From Histomonas meleagridis 2922-C6/04-290x (Eukaryota > Protista > Parabasalia): a stretch of 64,000 nt of DNA. The position numbers and the translations under genes were made by a program. The DNA is taken from NCBI GenBank assembly GCA_020184695.1, contig JAANOX010000249.1:12739-76738 (forward strand). The letters run 5' to 3'. The notes under the pieces are model-generated. The model ran no database searches and was not told where the DNA came from. It saw nothing but the letters and a program-made list of their open reading frames with translations. The first letter of the stretch is position 1. The number at the start of each line of letters is the position of its first letter. Shown in pieces: positions 11,671-23,720 of the stretch.

Positions 11671-13947
11671 ATGGGAAACAGCTCAAGCACTGCTACCAAA
11701 ACTGTATCTACTAAGGTACCAGTACCAACTCCAACACCAGTAATTATCCACACACCTAAAAGCAACTGGGTTACATCGCAAATATTACTTTCACTTGAAA
11801 AAATTATTTTTAACTTAAATGAAGAAAATATCAAAGAATCTGTCATAAATGTAGAAAAACTTATTAATAATAATAATAATAATGATACATCTTTGTTTAA
11901 TATTTTTCTTATTCATTTGGTATATTCTTCATTTAATGTTCAGTTTAAAGATATAAATATATATATTTCTTTTATGAAAGAAATTGAAGAAAAAATAGAA
12001 AACAACCAAAACGAACATAAAATAACTAATTCATTTATACAATATATTCTTAGTTTAAATACACAAGAATCATATTTTCTTTTAGATAAATTAATTGAAT
12101 TAAATTTAATATCATCTGATTTAATTAAAGATAAAAAGACATTTTATTTTTTACATTATTTATCGGAGGAAGAAATAAATAAATTAAGAAAATATTTCGA
12201 TAAAAATGCATTTAATTTAAGTGATATTCCATATTCTAATTACATCTCAGAAAATTATGAAAGACTTTCACAGAATAATTGGGAACTTCATAAGAAATAT
12301 GTTAAAAAAGGAGTAAATCCAAATAAAATTGCAAAAATAATTCGAAATGATAAAATCGAAAAACTTCAAGATTTATCATCTCAAAGTGATTTTGATTTTA
12401 ATCAAAAAATTGAACCATCACTTTATGAAAGATGTTCATTTATTAATAAAAAAAATATATCATTAATTGATTATGCGGCATTTTTTGGCTCAATTAATTG
12501 TTTTAAGTTTTTAATGTTGAATGGAGCAAGATTACCGAATACAGGAAAATATTCACTCGTAGGAGAAAATCTTGAAATTATACATCTATGTGAACAAAAG
12601 CATTCATTATTTGATGGATCTTATAAAGCTGCAATTGAATTTCATCGAAATGATATGTTTCATTATATATATGAGAATAAAATTGGTAGTTATTATGATG
12701 CAAAACTTCTTAATATATTTCCGAAAATCGATTGTTTGAATATTGAATTATTTTGTTTTTTATTTGAGCAAAGAAAGATAGAACTCAATTCAAAAGATCT
12801 TGTTGATTTAAATAATTTAAAATTTCATAATAATGTTTGGGAATTATTTCAATAATTTAATACTATACTTATGACTGCTTCTAATGAAAATCAAATCGAA
12901 ATAGTTTTATTACTTCTTGAACAAGAAAGAATTGATATTAATGCTAAAAATATTTATTTTTTTTATTCGATATTTATTTTAATAATTTAGAATTTCAAAA
13001 TAATATTTGGAAATTATTTAAATTATTTAAAACAGCACTTATGATTGCTTCTGAAAATGGTAATACAGAAATAGTTAAATTACTTTTTGATAAAGAAGGA
13101 ATTGATATTAATGCTAAAGATATTTATTTGTTTTATTTAAATTTTATTTTAATAATTTTGGATTTCAAAATAATATTTAGAAATTATTTAAATTATTATA
13201 TACAGCACTTATTTTAGCATCTTGGAATGGTCATACAGAAATAGTTAAATTACTTCTTGAACAAGAAGGAATTGATATTAATGCTAAAGATATTTATTTG
13301 TTTTATTTAAAATTTATTTTAATAATTTTATATGTCAAAATAATATTTGGAAATTATATAAATTATTTAGAACAGTACTTATTTTAGCATCTTGGAATGG
13401 TCATACAGAAATAGTTAAATTACTTCTTAAACAAGAAGGAATTGATATTAATGCTAAAGATATTTATTTGTTTTATTTAAAATTTATTTTAATAATTTTA
13501 TATGTCAAAATAATATTTGGAAATTATTTAAATTATTTGATACAGCACTTATTTTGGCATCTTCAGAAGGTCATACAGAAATAGTTAAATTACTTCTTGC
13601 ACAAAAAGGAATTGATATTAATGCTAAAGATATTTTTTGATATCATTTGAAATGTATTTTGATAATTTTATATTTGAAAATAATAATTGGTGTTTATGTA
13701 AATGATTGGTAACTGCACTTATATATGCTGCTAAAAAAAATCATATAGAAATTGTTAAATTACTTCTTAAACATAAAGAAATTGATATTAATGCTAAAGA
13801 TATATATTTAAATATTATAATATTTATAAAAATATATTGAAGTTTTAAAACTATATTTGGAAATTATTAAAATTATTTAATACAGCATTTATTTATGCAA
13901 GAATGTATAATGAAAAAATTTATCAACTTCTTGTTAACCATAAATGA
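11671..13947 (+). CDS. DUF3447 + ankyrin-repeat protein, locus 2 (7 spacers)
   Basis: DUF3447 motifs in ORF 11671-12855, then six 90-nt stop-free ankyrin modules with a 170-nt period and a terminal repeat ending TGA at 13945-13947. N-terminus MGNSSS. Confidence 0.87.
12799..13881 (+). repeat. Array of 7 ankyrin-hairpin spacers (63 nt, then 6 x 80 nt)
   Basis: ATTGATATTAATGCTAAA recurs at 12931, 13101, 13271, 13441, 13611 and 13781, an exact 170-nt period. Confidence 0.93.
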
Positions 13948-14153
13948 GGTTGTTTAATTCCGAGTTTATTTACAATTTAAAAATATAACACGGAAAACAT
14001 TTTGAATATTTGGTATTCCATATTTAAATAAAAAGGAAAACTAAAGTTTTTTTCTTTTCTTAAATAACGAATAGAGTCTTAACGACTTTTTGATTCTATT
14101 CAGACATAATTAATCAAAATATTTAAATAAAACCGATAATATACAAACACAAT

Positions 14154-16208
14154 TTATTTCAACAACGAATCTTGTAAATCCAAGAATGCTGAAAGCAATT
14201 CTTCATTTGTCGAAATCAGCTTCAAGAAAGCTCTTTCGAATATGCTCCACAGCACCACTTTTTTTTCACTTCTCAAATAAACGTACTCCTTTCTTTTGAT
14301 GATCAAACAATTCGACAGCATAAACAACGAAATCAAGTTCGGACAATCCGACAAAACTATGATATATTGCACTAACAAGTCTTGGTCAGGGTTTTCATCA
14401 TTATACATACAAATTTCTTCCATTGCTTCCAAAATGATATTTACTATGTAACCGAAACTTACGAACATCACAGATTTAATATGCTCAATTGTTTCCCAAA
14501 GTTTCATTTTCATTATTTTATTAGTTTTAAACAAATCAGGAATTTTTATTTCTTGATGTAAATTCAAAACCAAACTTTTCCATAAGTTTTCTATTATTTG
14601 TAATTTTTTTATTATGTTTTTTGTTAGGAAAGAAGGTAATAAATGTTGAACAATTAATGAAAACTGTGTATTTTTACAGATTGTCATTTTCTCTGTTAAT
14701 TTTGCTAAATTTTTTTTGTTTCGATTTGACCATGTCAAAAACTTTTTTATTTCTTTTTCTGCATAAGGTTTCAATATTATTTTACAATATTTATGTACAA
14801 TTAACTTCCAATTAAAAACTGATTTGAACGCCATTAAATGCAACAAATACTTCTCAAAGATATCTGCGTTCTTTTCTAATTCTTCAATTAATTCATAATA
14901 TATAAAATCTTCAAATTCTTTTGTTATTTTTCTTCCGAATATTTTTGTGTTCATTTTAATAAATGTTATAGGCGAAACTGATATTCGATTTGCTTTATCT
15001 TTTATCTGTCGAAATCGTCGCTTAAATTCATTGTTTGTGATCTTCTCATAAATATTTATAGGCTCATTAAAGATAACGTTTCGAACATTTAATAAAATAT
15101 CACTTTGAATTGGAGACTTAATATAAACGCGAATAAAAAATGGCCTAAAGTTTATGCTCTGGAAATATTGCGTTGGCTTTAAAAATGGCTGAAGATTTTT
15201 AGGGATTCCTTCTTTTATAAGTTTTAATGATTCGATTATTAATGAAATGTCAAGTTTCGTTATTAATATATCGAAATATGGGAAATCGAAATCAGAAAAA
15301 CATGAAGGAATTTGGAAAATGGATTTGGAATTATTTATTACACTTATGATACTTTTAAAGTTGTCATCATCACATTTAATTAATGTCGAAAATTGTAAAA
15401 GTTGTTTGTAATGGTTCTTAAATGCTGTGGATTTAACATATTGTAGTAACTGTGGTAATGTAAATCGATTAACAAAGAAATCAATGATACTACGTGATGT
15501 CCATCCACGAGTGCCCATGAACTTTAAAATAAATTGATGACTTTGTGGTAGAAATGGAAATGATTTATTAATGGAATTTATAAAAAGTGAAAGATAACGT
15601 TCAATTATTAATGGTTGTGGTTTAGGTGAATTGTATCGAATGTCATGACAAAATTGTTTGCCAAAAATATTATAGATGGATTCAATAAAACGATGAGTGC
15701 ATGGTGAACAGTAATATGGTATAAGAGCTTCACGTGCTATATGTCGAGGTGATATATCTATGAGGGCACAATAAAATGATGAGGCATAATAATTAAGTTC
15801 CCAGGATGAGAAAAAACCATATATGGCTGGAATTGAGGTGTTAAATAAAAGAAAACAATCATTATTTGGGATATCTTGTTGGGCTTTAATGGCTTCTGCA
15901 AATGTTTGTGGATTTTTATATAAATGATTGATAAGAATGGTTATGGATTGAACTTGTTGTGGTGAAACTTCAAGAAAATTATCGGGGGATACTTCTTGTA
16001 AAGAATCATATAGTTTGTCCTTTGGTGGAAGTGGTGGAGATGGGTAAGGAAGTTTAACTAAACGCATCATAATTGATGTTCTTTGTTTGATTATTATTTG
16101 ATGAACAATTGTATTAATTTTATTATTAAAAAAATTAAGGTCATCTGATGATATCTCTGGTACATATTTGGAATATAATTCGTATTGTTCTTTCATTGAT
16201 GGTTTCAT
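14154..16208 (-). CDS. Hypothetical protein, possible RasGAP-like + VPS9-like architecture
   Basis: 684-aa open frame; C-terminal DQDLLVQYIIVLSDCPNLIS weakly resembles the VPS9 DDLLPxLxYV...P.L.S motif. Confidence 0.45.
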   Translation of the reverse strand: MKPSMKEQYELYSKYVPEISSDDLNFFNNKINTIVHQIIIKQRTSIMMRLVKLPYPSPPLPPKDKLYDSLQEVSPDNFLEVSPQQVQSITILINHLYKNPQTFAEAIKAQQDIPNNDCFLLFNTSIPAIYGFFSSWELNYYASSFYCALIDISPRHIAREALIPYYCSPCTHRFIESIYNIFGKQFCHDIRYNSPKPQPLIIERYLSLFINSINKSFPFLPQSHQFILKFMGTRGWTSRSIIDFFVNRFTLPQLLQYVKSTAFKNHYKQLLQFSTLIKCDDDNFKSIISVINNSKSIFQIPSCFSDFDFPYFDILITKLDISLIIESLKLIKEGIPKNLQPFLKPTQYFQSINFRPFFIRVYIKSPIQSDILLNVRNVIFNEPINIYEKITNNEFKRRFRQIKDKANRISVSPITFIKMNTKIFGRKITKEFEDFIYYELIEELEKNADIFEKYLLHLMAFKSVFNWKLIVHKYCKIILKPYAEKEIKKFLTWSNRNKKNLAKLTEKMTICKNTQFSLIVQHLLPSFLTKNIIKKLQIIENLWKSLVLNLHQEIKIPDLFKTNKIMKMKLWETIEHIKSVMFVSFGYIVNIILEAMEEICMYNDENPDQDLLVQYIIVLSDCPNLISLFMLSNCLIIKRKEYVYLRSEKKVVLWSIFERAFLKLISTNEELLSAFLDLQDSLLK

Positions 16209-16519
16209 TATATTCCAATTAAAAACGCCGAAAACACGTTAACGCGCCTTATTAACGATAATTAACCACCGTATCTTTGTGAAAAAGTCAAATACTGGGC
16301 AAAAAAATGAGCGTAAATAACCTTTCCAAAGAAGTGTATCACATTCTCCTTTATATTAAATTAAATCAAATCAATATTTTGTAAAGCATAAGAAAGAAAT
16401 AAACATATATAATCAAAGCATAATTTGATATTTGTTAAATCACATCAAATATATGTTGGGTATATGCTTTCTCCCAATAAAAAAAATGAGGAATTATGAT
16501 TTGGTTACATGAATAGCAA

Positions 16520-16661
16520 AACCATTATGAAACTTTTAGCAAATGATTGCAACTTCATATGTTAAAGAAACAATACACATGTAACCGCAAAAATAATTCG
16601 ATATGATGGAGGAGCATTTTTTTCTGCTATTGGGTATTTACTTATGAATAGTGCAAAATAA
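16520..16661 (+). pseudogene. Internally deleted DUF3447 relic
   Basis: AKIIRYD is joined to GAFFSAIGYLLMNSAK, skipping about 40 codons present in intact paralogs. Upstream DNA resembles 12254-12310. Confidence 0.6.
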
Positions 16662-16674
16662 TATTTATATATCT

Positions 16675-17960
16675 TCAAACGAATGCTATGAATGTGCATA
16701 CAGCTTTTCCATCGACTGTTTTTGCATAGCCTCCATCTCCATAGCCACTGTACGTCACCACTCCGCCAGGCACCAACATCATTGATTCTTTTGTGGCCAT
16801 CAATTTCATGTAAAGATCGCTGAACTCTTGACGTATCTTATCGTCGCCACTTGCCTTAAATGATCCGTCACTTACAATGAAATCACCAATTGCATCCGCC
16901 GAATCATTTTCATCATTAATTTCGATATCATTTTCATTACAAAAATGCGAATGAGTAACAAACATTACAATTCCAACTTCACATCTCACGTCACCACATC
17001 TCACGAAATCATTTATTTCATCTTTTTATTCTGCATCTTCTTCTTCGGTGTAAATCTGATTTGGTATTTCATCAACTAAATTTGCATAGTTCTCATGCAC
17101 CATAATCAAATGACTTACAGTGTCATCTTGTTGCTTAATTAGTAGAATTCATTTACCTCCTAAACAATTATTAACTTTTGTAGTTTCATCAAAATCAATA
17201 AATATTTCCGCAGGATCAACAGCTAAAAGGATTTCGTCATCCATTAAATCAATTGTTTTTTCGGGTATTGGAACTTTCATCTCGTAGGCTTAGGTTCGTT
17301 ATCATTGAAACAATTCCCATCCAAAAAATACTTTTACGTTGAACTCCATTCGTTACATTAACTGAACATGCAAAATGAACTTGAGTTGAAAGAGCTGTAA
17401 GATCCGTAGGATAATTAACACTTCCAGCTAAAAGTTCATTGTCGCTAATACTTTGATGATAACAAAAAATTGGTGCTTCAATATGAGATAATATATAATG
17501 TTCATCAACTTCTTCATAATTGGACGCTCTTAATTCTAACAAGTCAAGAACGAAACTTTAGGATTAACATCAGAATCAGATGTTGAAAATAGAAAATTTT
17601 TCCAATAAAGATATACTACACCTTCAAAAAAGATAACGATTTCCTTAGGTAGGGGTTTTCCAGCTGTTGTGATGTCTTTAGTCGAAAATTGTTGAATCTT
17701 GATTATTGTGTCTTTATCCTTAACTAAAGCAAAAAATATTATATTATCACGATTTTGAATAGTAATACAAATTTCAAATTATTTGGTAATAATACTAGGT
17801 GTGAGTCAAAAAACTTTGGCTTTTGTTCTTGAAAAATTGGAATTTTGTTTGTGATGTATGCTATATCATAATACAGACCTGGCACATCTGTATCCACATA
17901 TTTAATTTTATTATTGTCCTCTATTATTTCACCGAAAGCAGTAATGGCTCTTCATATAAA
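16675..17960 (-). pseudogene. Multiply disrupted gene; C-terminal part DUF4241-like
   Basis: Frame 17244-16675 has in-frame TGA (17149-17151) and TAA (17026-17028) and the motifs LLAVDP and GVVTYSGYGDGGY. Further protein-like open frames upstream are in other phases. Confidence 0.5.
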
Positions 17961-18227
17961 TGTAACTTTTTGTTCACACATCTGTTAGAAGGGAATAATA
18001 AACGGACATTGGGGCACCCTATGTGAAAATCCATACATAAACTTATCAAAAATGCTAACGGTCTCCTTCTTTGTGGTAATGAGTCAAAATGTAAATAGAC
18101 CCTCTCAAAAGTAATGTAACGGAATCACAGTATCCACCGTTATAAATTACTTTTCTTAGGGATTTCTGGGTAAGTTTTGTGAAGCTTTTAACCTATTTAC
18201 TTTGTAAAATATTCAAATTAAATCATA

Positions 18228-19061
18228 ATGTTTCTCTGGTTTTTTATCTCGATCAGTTCAGAAACACTAGTATTTACAGAACCTAATGCTAATAACGAGG
18301 TACTTGTATCAGCTATTCTTGATAACTCTCAAACCTCAATTAATTTTCCTACAGATAATGGACAATACAAAGTTATTGGAATTTCAGAAAGATTTCCAGT
18401 GGAACAATGCATAAACGTCACCAGCGTAACAATTCCAGGCACATACACTCAAATCGCTGAAGGTGCATTTTCGAATTGTCAAAAACTTAAAACAATAAAT
18501 GTTGCCAGTGACAATCCTTCGTACACATCAAGTGGTGGTATTCTTTACAGTAAGTCCAGAGATACCGTTGTCGCCTTCCCTTGCAACAGTGGCGTTACAA
18601 GATTTCAAGTTGGTAATACAGTCACTACTTTAGAAAACTACTCAATTTACAATGCCACAAACTTGCAGCAACTAATTCTTTCTTCTTCTGTTAAGCAACT
18701 TGGTAGTCATTCCATTGTTGCTCCAAATTTAGAAGAATTTCATATAAGTAGCTGCGTTTCTTTATACGACACGACATTTAACATCCCAGTTACAACTGTT
18801 ATTTATGAGAATATGAAATGTGACAAATCCATTCACGAAAATTATTTTCCTAACAATCCAATAGGAGCAACCCCAACCCCTATGCCTGAGCCCGAACCTG
18901 AAACAGATCAAACTCTCTCCATCATAATCTCAGTTGTTGTTTCTGTCGTTGTACTTGCTGTAATCATATTTCTTATTGTTAAATTCGGCTGCAAAAAGAA
19001 GAAGAAGAGTTCAAGCTATAGTTACAGTTATAGCGGGTCTACTGTCGAGGTCAAATTATGA
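18228..19061 (+). CDS. Small BspA-like LRR type I membrane protein
   Basis: Signal peptide, IAEGAFSNCQKLKTI and YTSSGGILYSK LRR_5 motifs, PTPMPEPEP linker, TM helix, poly-Lys tail. Confidence 0.85.
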   Translation: MFLWFFISISSETLVFTEPNANNEVLVSAILDNSQTSINFPTDNGQYKVIGISERFPVEQCINVTSVTIPGTYTQIAEGAFSNCQKLKTINVASDNPSYTSSGGILYSKSRDTVVAFPCNSGVTRFQVGNTVTTLENYSIYNATNLQQLILSSSVKQLGSHSIVAPNLEEFHISSCVSLYDTTFNIPVTTVIYENMKCDKSIHENYFPNNPIGATPTPMPEPEPETDQTLSIIISVVVSVVVLAVIIFLIVKFGCKKKKKSSSYSYSYSGSTVEVKL

Positions 19062-19441
19062 AAAAAGCAGATTTTTCTCCATTAAAAGTTTTTTTCTGTA
19101 CTTTTTTTTGAATAAAATTGAACGTATCGGTGAAATAATTATTTCAAAAACTTGTCGAATGTCAGCGAATGTATTACCATTGCGTCTGATAATAATTTTG
19201 CGTAATATTGAAAATGAATGTAATCTGTGTAAGGTAGTGACCATAAAGATCACATATATTTTGATGCAATAATTTAATTTTGAGAATCGATTTTACTGAT
19301 AAGCTTTTTTTATTTAGGGGATTTTTGAATCATGATTTTCAATAACGACAACCATAATCAGATTATTGTTTAATTCATAAAATAAATAGATTTTGCGATT
19401 TTTCGAAAATTTAATAACCGTCACCGATAACTTCTGTCAAA

Positions 19442-22400
19442 ATGTCGAAAGCTCGGATTGGAAGTTTTGATGTCTCTGAAGTACTTTGTCAACACATTGA
19501 TCAACTTTACTCACAGATGGAAGTTCTTAGATCCATTATTCATCAAGGGTCTCCTTTCTGCAAAGCTTTAAAAACTAAACAAGGACAAAATTTAATTAAT
19601 TTTTTAACAGATGCACAAAAATCGAAAACGGTAAAGATAAGCGAAAGCAATTCCAAGTTTGTTAAAGAATATATACCACAATTACAAAATGCAATAAAAA
19701 TATTAAGTTACATGTTTGAATGGTATGAAACAGCAAAGAAACAGTTATTATCAATGGACTCACATTCAATAGGACTTGACATTCGATGGAATAATGTTTT
19801 TACTGTACAGTATTGTAAATTATTTGTTACTATCATCAAAGTTGTTCTTTTCTTACACTTTCATCCTCCATCTCGAATTGTTGCTCTTATGTCAAGTATT
19901 TTCCCCGACTTAACAAAAATTCCTGTTTATGGAGGTATTCGATCATTGATCAGATTCACAAATCAATCCACAGCTTCACCATTTGATTTCTTATCAGAAG
20001 AATTTGGGGTACTTTCAATTCGACTTAGTCAATTCTGTGCAAATATTGGACCGTTTTTAGTTCAAGTATTTGGAATCTGGCCAATAGTTAACTGGCAATC
20101 ATTTAGTGTCTTTAACAGATCGGAAACAGCGCCAGATTCCACTTTACCATCTTATCATCATATGATATTAATTAATCTTGAATTGATGAAAGAAACCGTT
20201 TCCTTCTTTTGTATCATTTTTAATGAATTCATTACACTCAACAAACAATTTAGTTCAATTATGACCACTATATTAAGTGATTGCAATTCAATATTTTTAT
20301 CTCGAACTTATAAAATCTCAATCCAATCAATCTTCCAAGCATACGAAAAGACAGGCAAAAAGATTAACCCATTACTCCTTAGTATTATTTCAGATGATAA
20401 TACAAATAAAAAGAAGATATCTCATAAACAAAGGATGCTTCATATCACATCTCTTCTTAGAGATATCATTGATATAGCTTCATACGATGCTTCTTACCTA
20501 CCTAAATTCATGTATAATATTCTTCCATTAGCAAGTTTTGCATGTTATGAAATAAATGTCGCTTTTTCAGAAGAAACGATTTCTAAGACCGCGGCCAAAC
20601 TTGTCTCTGTTTTAGTCGATCTTTCCGTTCTTTTCTCGAAATTCCAAAATACAATATCTCGGTTTTTCCTATTTAACCTTGCAACACAAGATTCAAACTA
20701 CCTGAATCAAATGCTTCATCAATATAGTTCTTCGCAAGAAACATGGCAAAATGAGCTAATTTCAAAAGTGATAGATTTATCTGAACAACTTCAAACCTTA
20801 GATCTTGAGCAATATGATAAAGGCTCTCGATATGATGTAACACCATTTATATATAGTTCAGGACGTATTCTCTATCAATTTAATGAAGTTCGAACAAAGC
20901 AAAAAGCTGCATTTCTCAATTCACTTTTTGAGCACGTTACAACCATAGTTTTTCATTCAAAATTGATGTTAAAACCGCTTGACACTTTTCTTCAATCGTG
21001 CCCTATACATCAGTTATGGAAACATTCGGACACCATCAACAAATATATATTACAAAAGAAAGGCGGTATCCAAATCTATTCACGTTTTATTACCTTATGT
21101 TCATTCTTTAATTGTGATCAAATATGTTTAACCAATATCCCAACAGTTCGTAGTGTCTTAAACAAATACATGCAAAGTTGGCGTGGAGATTTAATTCAAT
21201 CCTTACGTTCCACAGTATCAGAGTTATTAACCTCCAACAAACCAATTATTTCCATTGTTAATCAAAATCGATTTTCACAATTATTTGATCCCGATCCATA
21301 TGTTAAATATCATTTAGAGCATATTGAAGCCACAGACAGCACCAAAGAAGTATTTTCTGATGCAGAATTACGCGAGCCTATCTGGCAACTTAAAGAATTC
21401 ATGGATAATATCCCTAACTCCATTACATTAATTGGGGTACAAGATCCGATTAACTTCTCTGAATACTTCGCACATCATTTAACCACCAATTTAGGCTCAT
21501 TATTATTTAAGAATTCCGTTGCGGATGCACCAATGGTCGACGCAGCATTTTCAGCTGCTACACAATTATTATGGCCATTATATGTCTTATTAAATGTATC
21601 ATATCCATTACGAATGATTGAGTTCCGATTTGAAAACACTACGACTGAATCCCATAGTTTCTTAGAACTAATTTCTAAATTACGTAATGCGAAAGAGAAT
21701 GAATTAACTAATGACCCAAGTATTACCTTCCTCAAAGTCTTTGAGAATCGTCTTATCCAATTCATTAAAGAAGATTATAAGAAGTCATTATATCCACCAT
21801 ATGGCCATTGTTTCTTTAATTATTTACAAAACGATTATAAAGTTGATGACTTTATCTCTGAACAAGGCTTTAAATATTTCATATCAAGTTTAGGAATTCA
21901 TTCTTCATTTTCATTAGATTATATATTAATAGTTGAAATCACCAACATAATGTTAAATATATTTAATATATATCAAAGTTTATCAAATGATATTAGTACA
22001 TGGTATTCAGACTTTAGGAATAATGGACAATTATGGACAAAGAGTTCACAGAATGCTCAAATTCATACAGCTGCAGATTTAATTGTTAAATTAGGAATAG
22101 TTTTAATGATACGAAAATTATTACGTAAATCAATGAATGAAATGATTGAACAAAACATTCCTGGACTTATTAAATTATTAAATAGTTCTGTATTACGATT
22201 AACATCAGATAGAATTGGACTCAAAGAAGATATAATAATCGAAATCGCGTTAAATAAGAACGACTTTAAAGTCATTGAAATTATATTAAATGAGAAACAA
22301 ATCACGAAATGCTCTGATCCAATCCAATTCTTCTTCTTCTTAAGTTTATTAAATATGAACAATCATTGGAATGACGCAAAGTTTTCACCGGGGAATGAAA

Positions 22401-22774
22401 TGATTTCATATAACTTACATTTGATACCCGCCGCAATTAACGCGTTTATACATTTGTTGAAAATGTTTTGTAGTTCAAATGATAGTAAAATTATCGGAAC
22501 AGCAATGCAGTTCTATTTCTCAGTCTACAGAAGAATTATAACATTCAAAATGAATACAGTGCAGGAGATGTCCCACGAGTCAGTTAACGCAATGATCATT
22601 TTGACCGATTTGTTCCCAAAGTATATAAATGATTTGGAGTACGGAAGAATAGGCTCAAACTTCCCGTACTCGGTGATAACGGAGGCGTACAGAGAGGTGG
22701 AAATTAAGACGAGAGAAATAGAAATGCAGAGAGAAAAAAACTTGAAAATGGAGAAAGGAAAAAAAAAAAGGTAA
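19442..22774 (+). CDS. NCKAP1: Nap1/Hem/NCKAP1-like WAVE-complex subunit
   Basis: 1110 aa; segments such as PFDFLSEEF and HKQRMLHITSLLRDII resemble the Nckap1 family; length matches. Confidence 0.7.
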   Translation: MSKARIGSFDVSEVLCQHIDQLYSQMEVLRSIIHQGSPFCKALKTKQGQNLINFLTDAQKSKTVKISESNSKFVKEYIPQLQNAIKILSYMFEWYETAKKQLLSMDSHSIGLDIRWNNVFTVQYCKLFVTIIKVVLFLHFHPPSRIVALMSSIFPDLTKIPVYGGIRSLIRFTNQSTASPFDFLSEEFGVLSIRLSQFCANIGPFLVQVFGIWPIVNWQSFSVFNRSETAPDSTLPSYHHMILINLELMKETVSFFCIIFNEFITLNKQFSSIMTTILSDCNSIFLSRTYKISIQSIFQAYEKTGKKINPLLLSIISDDNTNKKKISHKQRMLHITSLLRDIIDIASYDASYLPKFMYNILPLASFACYEINVAFSEETISKTAAKLVSVLVDLSVLFSKFQNTISRFFLFNLATQDSNYLNQMLHQYSSSQETWQNELISKVIDLSEQLQTLDLEQYDKGSRYDVTPFIYSSGRILYQFNEVRTKQKAAFLNSLFEHVTTIVFHSKLMLKPLDTFLQSCPIHQLWKHSDTINKYILQKKGGIQIYSRFITLCSFFNCDQICLTNIPTVRSVLNKYMQSWRGDLIQSLRSTVSELLTSNKPIISIVNQNRFSQLFDPDPYVKYHLEHIEATDSTKEVFSDAELREPIWQLKEFMDNIPNSITLIGVQDPINFSEYFAHHLTTNLGSLLFKNSVADAPMVDAAFSAATQLLWPLYVLLNVSYPLRMIEFRFENTTTESHSFLELISKLRNAKENELTNDPSITFLKVFENRLIQFIKEDYKKSLYPPYGHCFFNYLQNDYKVDDFISEQGFKYFISSLGIHSSFSLDYILIVEITNIMLNIFNIYQSLSNDISTWYSDFRNNGQLWTKSSQNAQIHTAADLIVKLGIVLMIRKLLRKSMNEMIEQNIPGLIKLLNSSVLRLTSDRIGLKEDIIIEIALNKNDFKVIEIILNEKQITKCSDPIQFFFFLSLLNMNNHWNDAKFSPGNEMISYNLHLIPAAINAFIHLLKMFCSSNDSKIIGTAMQFYFSVYRRIITFKMNTVQEMSHESVNAMIILTDLFPKYINDLEYGRIGSNFPYSVITEAYREVEIKTREIEMQREKNLKMEKGKKKR

Positions 22775-23215
22775 AGAAAACGAGGCCAAAAAGTAAAAGT
22801 TCGAATTCGATATTTTTGGTTTTTATAATGTGAACTGTAACTCAGAACACATTTTGGATTTTGTGCTTAGAAATTACAAAACATTAAAATATAAAACGTG
22901 TGTAAATAAAACGAAAAAAGAATTCGGACATTCTGAAGGTTATGGTAAATCGATAGAGAAGTTTAAGATGGAATTTGTCATTGCACAACATAATAAGCCT
23001 ACGAAATTAAATGAAAATGACTTGAAATAAATTATTTGCAAAAAAGAAACTTAATAACAGAATTGTCGTGAACCATATGAAAACATTTTTTTTACAAAGG
23101 TTTAATATATTTGTTTTCTCTTCATTTTTGTGATTTAATTCATTGAATTGTCTATGTATCTATCAATATCTAAAATTATATGAATGTAATAATGAAAATA
23201 ATGTGCCAATCATAA

Positions 23216-23720
23216 ATGCAATCATTCCAAAAAAATAGATTAAAATCTTCTTTATCATTTGGATTTGGATTTTCATTTGGTATAATAATTTTTAAACTAA
23301 ATGCTACTAGCATTAATATCATTACATATGAATCTAATAATGATCATTTACCTAAGGCATTAATTTCAAAAAACATATTTTTGTTGGTAAAACCCAAATT
23401 AATAACATCATAATAAGTTTTAAATATGTTGATATTAAAGCATCAGAAGTATAAAATTAATGAATTGAAAGAAAATACCACAGCAATTCAAATCTCTACA
23501 TTAATTCCATCAGATCCTAATTCAAAGTCAGATAATTCTGGTGAAAATAAAAATAAAATATCAAAGGTGCAATAAATGGAATTCTTTGTGGTGCAACAGC
23601 AATAATTGTGATAATTGTTGGTGTTGTAGTGTTTGTAATAAGGAAAAACAGAAAGAAATTAAGTGATTCGAAACTCACTTTTGCAAAAGTTATCAATTAC
23701 TTCCAGTATGAAACTGGTGT
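23216..23720 (+). pseudogene. Fragmented single-pass membrane protein relic
   Basis: Short broken frames followed by a TM-like ILCGATAIIVIIVGVVVFVIRKNRKK at about 23580-23660. Confidence 0.4.

Noticed and set aside
12799-13881. One conventional GT-AG or AT-AC intron per spacer
   Set aside because: There is no conserved GT. The AG/AC in ACAGCA is the Thr-Ala codon pair and varies (ACT, ACC, ACG, TCA, TCT). Such joins do not restore the frame or the Gly.
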